64,000 nt of DNA from Bacteroidales bacterium (GTDB taxonomy: Bacteria > Bacteroidota > Bacteroidia > Bacteroidales > GCA-2711565). Below the pieces are notes generated by a model that saw only the letters and a list, made by a program, of their open reading frames with translations, did no database searches and was not told where the DNA came from. Position numbers and translations under genes: made by a program. Positions 58,569 through 64,000 of the stretch are shown here, piece after piece; the stretch's first letter is position 1, and every line of letters starts with the position of its first letter. The stretch lies in assembly GCA_963664245.1 (NCBI GenBank), contig OY760934.1:232242-296241 (forward strand), in the 5' to 3' direction.

Positions 58569-59753
58569 TTATTTAGATTCAGGTTTCGTACTTGTATGTT
58601 CTGTATGAATAAATTTCTTGTTGGCTCCTTTCAGTTTTAATAAAGATAAAAACATTAACAGGAACGCTTTGGGTAAAGAAATTATAGCTCTTAGTGTTCT
58701 TAAATTATAAAATTTCAGGGGGACGGAGAAAATAAATGTAAGAACCGTTGCCGCCAAAACACCCAACCAAATGTATTTCCAGGTAAGGGTGTTAAACAGT
58801 AATGAAATAATATTGATAAAAATTAAAAAGCCCAACAACATTATCCTTGGTGGCTGGATAAATTGTATGGCTTTATCGAAATAATCGAGATTCCCTTTTA
58901 ATAACAGGTGTTTGAGGGAAGTCATAAAGTCCATGCTAAAGTAATGCAACTGGGCCGAAAGCCATCTCCTCCGCTGGTTTTTAAATACCTCGGCTTTTTG
59001 AACCTTTTCGTCCAACACATAAGCATCGGATAAAAATTCAATGACTTTACGTTCTTTAAGCATTTGCAATTCGATTTCTTTATCAAATCCACCAACTGCT
59101 TTAATCGATTTCATCATCTTTTTAAAATAAGCGTATTCCATGGCCATGCCCGAACCGATTAAGGCAGCCGATAAGCCAACCACCCGGTGTCCTTTCCGGA
59201 AAATCATATTGTTTACTTCTTCGCTAACTGCATCTAAAATTGCAAAACGGGTATTTATGTTTTTTGCAACCCGGTGTCCCTGAACCGCCATATAGCCTTT
59301 GTTAAAGGCATTGTTTACTTTTGAGATAAAGCTGGTTTCCATCAAATTATCGGCATCCAGCACCAAAGCTACATCGTAATTGTCGCCCAGTTCTTCCATG
59401 GCTTTGTTCAATGCTTTTGATTTGGTGCTCAAATCAAAAGATACCTCAATGACTTTAATCGGAAATTTTCTTAGAGCTTCAATTGTTTCGGGTTTAAATG
59501 AATCGGCTATAATAATAACGTCATATTTTTCCTGGGGATAATCTTGTTTTAAAGCATCTTCTGCAACTTCGCAAATTACGCTGTCTTCCTTGTATCCGGG
59601 AATCATTACCGCGAATTTCCGCATTTCGGAGTTGATAATTTTTTTATTCCGGGCAGGAAATAGTGCTGCAAATGAAAAAATGAAAATGTAAGCACTTGCG
59701 AAGCCAAAATAAGCTAATAGTACGATTTGTAAAATTTCTGTTGCTAAAGTCAT
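58569..59753 (-). CDS. Membrane glycosyltransferase family 2, paralog 1
   Basis: GT-A core (VLDADN, QGHRVAKN, RRRW-type motif QRRRW) with flanking TM helices, as in a processive synthase. Confidence 0.8.
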   Translation of the reverse strand: MTLATEILQIVLLAYFGFASAYIFIFSFAALFPARNKKIINSEMRKFAVMIPGYKEDSVICEVAEDALKQDYPQEKYDVIIIADSFKPETIEALRKFPIKVIEVSFDLSTKSKALNKAMEELGDNYDVALVLDADNLMETSFISKVNNAFNKGYMAVQGHRVAKNINTRFAILDAVSEEVNNMIFRKGHRVVGLSAALIGSGMAMEYAYFKKMMKSIKAVGGFDKEIELQMLKERKVIEFLSDAYVLDEKVQKAEVFKNQRRRWLSAQLHYFSMDFMTSLKHLLLKGNLDYFDKAIQFIQPPRIMLLGFLIFINIISLLFNTLTWKYIWLGVLAATVLTFIFSVPLKFYNLRTLRAIISLPKAFLLMFLSLLKLKGANKKFIHTEHTSTKPESK

Positions 59754-59755
59754 GA

Positions 59756-60952
59756 TTATTTATTTGTTATTTCTTCCATTGATTCGCCAGTATGTGGCGT
59801 TGCGTTAAATCCTTTCTTTGCACTTTTAAATCGGAATAATGATACAAACATCAAAACAAATCCAACCGGCAGCTGGATTAATGCCCTCAGGGTTTTAATA
59901 TTGTAAAGCTTTCGCGGAATGGCTAAAAGAATCCCGACAATGCAGAAAAAGAAAACACCCAACCAGGCGTACCATAAAGTTCCGGTATTAAAAAAGAAAG
60001 ATAAAGCAGTAAAAATAGTTACGGTTCCTAATAAAAGGATACGGGGTGGCAGTAGTTGTTGAAAAACTTTATCGAAGTAATCAAAATTGGCTTTGGTAAA
60101 AAGTTCGAGTAATGCCGGGATGAAAAAACGTTTGGCATAAATCAACTGGAAGGCAATCCAGCGAGAGCGTTGGTTTACAAACACTTCTGCTTTGCTGACT
60201 TTTTCATCATAAACATAAGCATTGCTCAAAAAAGAAATACGGTGTTTGTTTTCGAAGAGTTTGAATTCCATTTCTTTGTCTTCGGCAAACGAATCAATTT
60301 CTGACATGATGGATTTATACAGTTGAAAATCGAAGGCCATTCCCGAGCCAATTAAAGCCGATGAAAGTCCCATTGAAACATGTCCTTTACGGAAAACACT
60401 GTTGTTTATTTCTTCACTGATCCCGTCTAAAATTGCAAGGTCAGAGTTTTTATTTTTTGCAACACGGTGAGCTTGGATGGCTACAATTTCATTGTTCATT
60501 TCATGGTTGACCTTTCTGATAAAATCGGGTTCCATCAGGTTATCGGCATCTAAAATAATGATGCCTTCATAATCGTTTTTAATTTCTTTTAACGCTTTAT
60601 TGATTGAACGCGCTTTGGTGCTTTGTTCAAAGCTTACTTCCAAAACATTAACCGGGATGTTTTTTAAGTCTTCAATGGTGTCTTTTTTCAAAGTGTCAGC
60701 AATGATGTAAACATCGTACAAATCGTTGGGATAGTTTTGCTTGGTCGCATCACGGGCAACATTACGGATAACAACATCTTCTTTATAAGCAGGAATCAGC
60801 ACAAGGAATTTCCGTAATTCCTCATTATCTTCATTGGGACTGCTTCTGTAAAATAATGCTGAAAAAGCAAACGTGAAAATATAAATGGAAGATATTCCAA
60901 GGTAAGCAATGAATACCCATTGTAAAATTTCTAATAACTGATTCGCAATCAT
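59756..60952 (-). CDS. Membrane glycosyltransferase family 2, paralog 2
   Basis: Tandem paralog of 58569-59753 (ILDADN, QAHRVAKN, QRSRW). Confidence 0.8.
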   Translation of the reverse strand: MIANQLLEILQWVFIAYLGISSIYIFTFAFSALFYRSSPNEDNEELRKFLVLIPAYKEDVVIRNVARDATKQNYPNDLYDVYIIADTLKKDTIEDLKNIPVNVLEVSFEQSTKARSINKALKEIKNDYEGIIILDADNLMEPDFIRKVNHEMNNEIVAIQAHRVAKNKNSDLAILDGISEEINNSVFRKGHVSMGLSSALIGSGMAFDFQLYKSIMSEIDSFAEDKEMEFKLFENKHRISFLSNAYVYDEKVSKAEVFVNQRSRWIAFQLIYAKRFFIPALLELFTKANFDYFDKVFQQLLPPRILLLGTVTIFTALSFFFNTGTLWYAWLGVFFFCIVGILLAIPRKLYNIKTLRALIQLPVGFVLMFVSLFRFKSAKKGFNATPHTGESMEEITNK

Positions 60953-60999
60953 AAAGCAACCTGATTTAAATATTAAATTTACAATATTTCATATGATTT

Positions 61000-61941
61000 T
61001 CAAAGCATTGGATTTTCGTGAACTTCTTTGGAAAAGAAATTTTTAATATGCCAACCAATTGCCCGGTAATACGCATGAAATAGTTTTAATTTTCCCTTTA
61101 TCAAAAATTTGAACGCGTTTTTAGGTATTGCCACCATTAATTGGTACAAAATCCCTAAATAGAAATCCTTACCATGAATATTACGGCGCATAAAAACAAT
61201 TCTGTTTCGGTTCAAATAATATATTTTTAGAGCACTTAAGCGTCCAGTAGAGATTGATTCGCGGTGATATACCAACGAGTCATGTACGTAAAAGATTTTA
61301 TACCCGGCCTGTTTTATCCGTGCACACCAATCGGCTTCTTCGTAATACAAGAAGAAAATGTACGACATCAGTCCTATTTTTTTAATTACTTCCATAGGAA
61401 CCATCATTGCTGCACCATGGGCGTAAGCTGTTTCACGATCCTTGTCGTATTGCCCTTTATCTTTTTGATTGAACCCGATGGAAAAGTTACGCATGGTTAT
61501 CGGGTTGATTTCGGTGTAACCGGCATACTGTATGGTATCGGGTGTATGGAAATACCTGATCTTCGGGCTAACGACACCTATTCCCGGGTTTTGTTCCAGC
61601 TTGTCGAGCAGTGGTTCAATAAAGTTTTCCGTGACAACGGTATCATTGTTTAACAGCATAACGTATTCGCCCCTGGCACGCATCAGGCCGTAGTTGTTTC
61701 CGGCAGCAAAACCGTAATTTATCGGGTTTTCTACAAGGATAACATTGGGGTATTTACGTTTGATAATTTTAGGGTCGTCATCGGGCGAGCAGTTGTCAAC
61801 CACAATCACCTCAATATTGGGATAGCTGATTTTATTGAGCGATTCAATCATTTCAAGCGTAACCTCTGAATGGTTATAATTAACCGTGATAATAGAGATT
61901 AAAGGATAATTCGTTCTTTTACGCTTAAATTCTTTCATCAA
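61000..61941 (-). CDS. Glycosyltransferase family 2, paralog 1
   Basis: ISIITVNYN ... VVDNCS ... LNNDT GT-A motifs. Confidence 0.8.
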   Translation of the reverse strand: MMKEFKRKRTNYPLISIITVNYNHSEVTLEMIESLNKISYPNIEVIVVDNCSPDDDPKIIKRKYPNVILVENPINYGFAAGNNYGLMRARGEYVMLLNNDTVVTENFIEPLLDKLEQNPGIGVVSPKIRYFHTPDTIQYAGYTEINPITMRNFSIGFNQKDKGQYDKDRETAYAHGAAMMVPMEVIKKIGLMSYIFFLYYEEADWCARIKQAGYKIFYVHDSLVYHRESISTGRLSALKIYYLNRNRIVFMRRNIHGKDFYLGILYQLMVAIPKNAFKFLIKGKLKLFHAYYRAIGWHIKNFFSKEVHENPML

Positions 61942-61949
61942 AATACATT

Positions 61950-62882
61950 TTATTTCGAGACCCGTTCTTTTCGCATCTCTTTATCAAAGAAATGCCGGAT
62001 GAACCAACCGTAAGCCCTTAACACGGCATAAGCCTGTTTAAATTCTTTTTTAGCCATTGCAAAAACTACGTTCTTAGCCAAAGCAACGGTAAATAAATAA
62101 CTTAAACTTAAAATGTTCAGGGGGAACTTAACATGCCTTCTCATGTATATCAAACGACCCCGGTTTACATAATAGGTTTTATACGGGCTATTTGTTCCTG
62201 TTGTTACAGAATCTTTATGATATACTTTCGAATTATGGACATAGCATATTTTATAGCCTGCATACCTTACACGCTTGCACCAATCCATATCTTCGTAATA
62301 CAAAAAGAAATATTCGCTCATGGGGCCTACATCTTCCAAGACTTTTCGAGGAAACATAGTTGCCCCGCCATGGGCAAAAGCCGAAAAAGTATCACGTTCG
62401 TACTGGCCTTTTTCGGGTTCGTTATATCCAATGGAATTGTTTCTTATGGTGAAAGGGTTGATTTCTGTATATCCTGCCGATTGTATGTTTCGGGGAGGGG
62501 CGTAAAAATATATTTTAGGACTGACAATGCCGATTTCCGGATTAGATAGCAATACTTTAAGCAAAGGTTCCAGAAAATCCTTTTCTACCGTCATGTCGTT
62601 GTTGATGGACAGAATATAGTCGCCCGTACTTTTTTGTATCCCGATGTTATTTGCCGGGGCAAAACCAATGTTCTTTTTAATGCAAAACAGTTCGATTTTT
62701 CCTTTAAATCGTTCGTTTATTAATATCGGGTCTCTGGGGTCCGATCCGTTATCAACAACAATAACCTCAATGTTGGGGTAAGTAATTTTGAAAAGAGAAT
62801 CCAGAAATTCGATGGTATCGTTAGCGTGGTTATAGTTTACAGTAACTACTGAAACTAGTGGAAGATACTCTTTCAACAACAT
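61950..62882 (-). CDS. Glycosyltransferase family 2, paralog 2
   Basis: Tandem paralog of 61000-61941 (VSVVTVNYN ... VVDNGS ... INNDM). Confidence 0.8.
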   Translation of the reverse strand: MLLKEYLPLVSVVTVNYNHANDTIEFLDSLFKITYPNIEVIVVDNGSDPRDPILINERFKGKIELFCIKKNIGFAPANNIGIQKSTGDYILSINNDMTVEKDFLEPLLKVLLSNPEIGIVSPKIYFYAPPRNIQSAGYTEINPFTIRNNSIGYNEPEKGQYERDTFSAFAHGGATMFPRKVLEDVGPMSEYFFLYYEDMDWCKRVRYAGYKICYVHNSKVYHKDSVTTGTNSPYKTYYVNRGRLIYMRRHVKFPLNILSLSYLFTVALAKNVVFAMAKKEFKQAYAVLRAYGWFIRHFFDKEMRKERVSK

Positions 62883-63023
62883 ATCTTTTAATTTAATTCT
62901 TCAATTTAAAATTACGCCTTTTTTGCAAGCCGGAAGTTTAATGATTTTTTAATTATCAACAGTTATAACTTAATAATGTATATAAATAATTTTAATTCTC
63001 TGGGTTCAGCATTTAAAAAACAT

Positions 63024-63031
63024 TAAATTTG
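63024..63031 (+). promoter_or_regulatory. Candidate -7 box for rfbF
   Basis: TAAATTTG lies 21 nt upstream of the ATG at 63052. Confidence 0.4.
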
Positions 63032-63051
63032 AGATGTAAACCGAAAATTTT

Positions 63052-63828
63052 ATGAAAGTAGTAATATTAGCAGGCGGGCTGGGCACACGTTTAAGCGAAG
63101 AAACTGACTTTAAACCCAAGCCCATGGTTGAAATTGGAGGCAAACCCATCCTTTGGCACATTATGAAAATTTATTCATATTATGGCTACAACGAGTTCAT
63201 TATATGTTGTGGTTATAAAGGGTATATGATTAAAGAATATTTTGCAAATTATTACCTGCACCAGGCTGATGTAACCGTTGATTTGTCAACAAACGAGTTG
63301 GAAGTACACATGTCGCATGCCGAACCTTGGAAGGTGACTTTGGTTGATACCGGCATCAAAACCATGACCGGAGGCCGGATAAAACGCATTGAAAAATACG
63401 TTGGCAATAAACCGTTTTTGCTGACTTACGGAGATGGGCTGGGAGATGTGAACATCAAAGCCCTGGTCGATTTTCATAAAAAACATGGTAAAAAAGCAAG
63501 CATCACGGCGGTTCAACCCATAGGCCGTTTTGGTTCTTTGCTTTTTGACGAATCCGGGAACATCCAAACATTCAAAGAAAAACCTAAAGATGCCGACTGG
63601 GTAAATGGCGGATTTTTTGTACTGGAACCGGAAGTATTCAACTACATCGAAGATTATGATTCTTGCATTTGGGAACGTACGCCGCTCGAAAATTTGTTGA
63701 ACGACAAAGAGTTAATGGCCTACAAACACGAAGGTTTTTGGCATCCGATGGATACCTTGAGAGATAAAAACGAGTTGGAAAAATCATGGAATTCCGATCA
63801 ATGTAAATGGCGATTATGGGACGAGTAA
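63052..63828 (+). CDS. rfbF: Glucose-1-phosphate cytidylyltransferase
   Basis: MKVVILAGGLGTRLSEET ... KPMVEIGGKPILWHIMKIYS; 258 aa. Confidence 0.9.
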   Translation: MKVVILAGGLGTRLSEETDFKPKPMVEIGGKPILWHIMKIYSYYGYNEFIICCGYKGYMIKEYFANYYLHQADVTVDLSTNELEVHMSHAEPWKVTLVDTGIKTMTGGRIKRIEKYVGNKPFLLTYGDGLGDVNIKALVDFHKKHGKKASITAVQPIGRFGSLLFDESGNIQTFKEKPKDADWVNGGFFVLEPEVFNYIEDYDSCIWERTPLENLLNDKELMAYKHEGFWHPMDTLRDKNELEKSWNSDQCKWRLWDE

Positions 63829-64000
63829 ATCCTGATCCGGGCTTTTGGAAAAACAAAAAAGTATTTATTACCGGCCACACCGGTTTTAAGGGCTCGTGGC
63901 TTTGTCTTTACCTGAACCGTTTGGGAGCCGATATTTATGGTTATGCTCTGGAAACCAATACCAATCCGAGTTTGTTTAAGCAATGTAAGATAGAAGAAAT
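63816..64000 (+). CDS. rfbG: CDP-glucose 4,6-dehydratase (3' end cut by window edge)
   Basis: The ATG at 63816 overlaps the rfbF end. The frame is open to the window edge. N-terminus FWKNKKVFITGHTGFKGSWLCLYL (Rossmann GxxGxxG). Confidence 0.75.
   Translation, partial: MGRVNPDPGFWKNKKVFITGHTGFKGSWLCLYLNRLGADIYGYALETNTNPSLFKQCKIEE

Noticed and set aside
62883-63051. Invertible promoter between the polysaccharide operon and rfbF, as in Bacteroides capsule loci
   Set aside because: Only low-complexity AT-rich partial palindromes are present. There is no convincing inverted repeat pair and no adjacent recombinase or UpxY/UpxZ-like genes.
1-64000. CRISPR arrays, tRNA, rRNA, tmRNA
   Set aside because: No regularly spaced direct repeats and no tRNA-like or rRNA-like sequence were seen in any intergenic region by eye. 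A tRNAscan, Infernal or CRISPR-finder run would be needed to be certain.

Overview
64-kb chromosomal segment that looks like a member of the phylum Bacteroidota. The phylum call rests on a T9SS C-terminal sorting domain on a secreted beta-helix protein, a Rho with a long K/E/P-rich N-terminal insertion, many TAnnTTTG -7 promoter boxes and lipoprotein-rich content. I call about 57 protein-coding genes, one IS element and one gene fragment. I saw no rRNA, tRNA or CRISPR array by eye. Core content: rho, rplS, trmD, ndk, rmuC, rlmB, a family-4 UDG, a DUF89 phosphatase, glutathione peroxidase, a flavin reductase-rubredoxin fusion, Nramp and MFS transporters, a SulP transporter with beta-carbonic anhydrase, and two MacB/FtsX-type ABC systems, one next to a sigma-54 NtrC-type two-component pair. 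There is also a ~17-kb co-directional polysaccharide-biosynthesis operon (46.0-62.9 kb, minus strand) followed by divergent rfbF/rfbG. Accessory, visibly AT-richer content: an AbiV/HEPN-like orphan gene (2.3-3.1 kb), an IS1182-like element (9.3-11.0 kb), and secreted/lipoprotein genes at 11.0-12.3 kb and 21.3-29.1 kb. The most unusual signal is non-coding. Two unrelated lipoprotein genes sit between the same conserved 5' promoter/leader module and the same conserved ~170-nt 3' element, and each ORF is tightly bracketed by its own inverted repeat built on a shared GTTGG/CCAAC core. This is a cassette-, inverton- or attC-like architecture with no recombinase in the window. A third copy of the promoter/leader drives a three-gene secreted operon. 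Directly beside this region the last 385 nt of rho are duplicated 2,019 nt apart around a single PDZ-protein gene. Their divergence is almost purely synonymous, which looks like the scar of an integration into the rho 3' end. All functional assignments are from motif recognition by eye; no database search or folding program was available.
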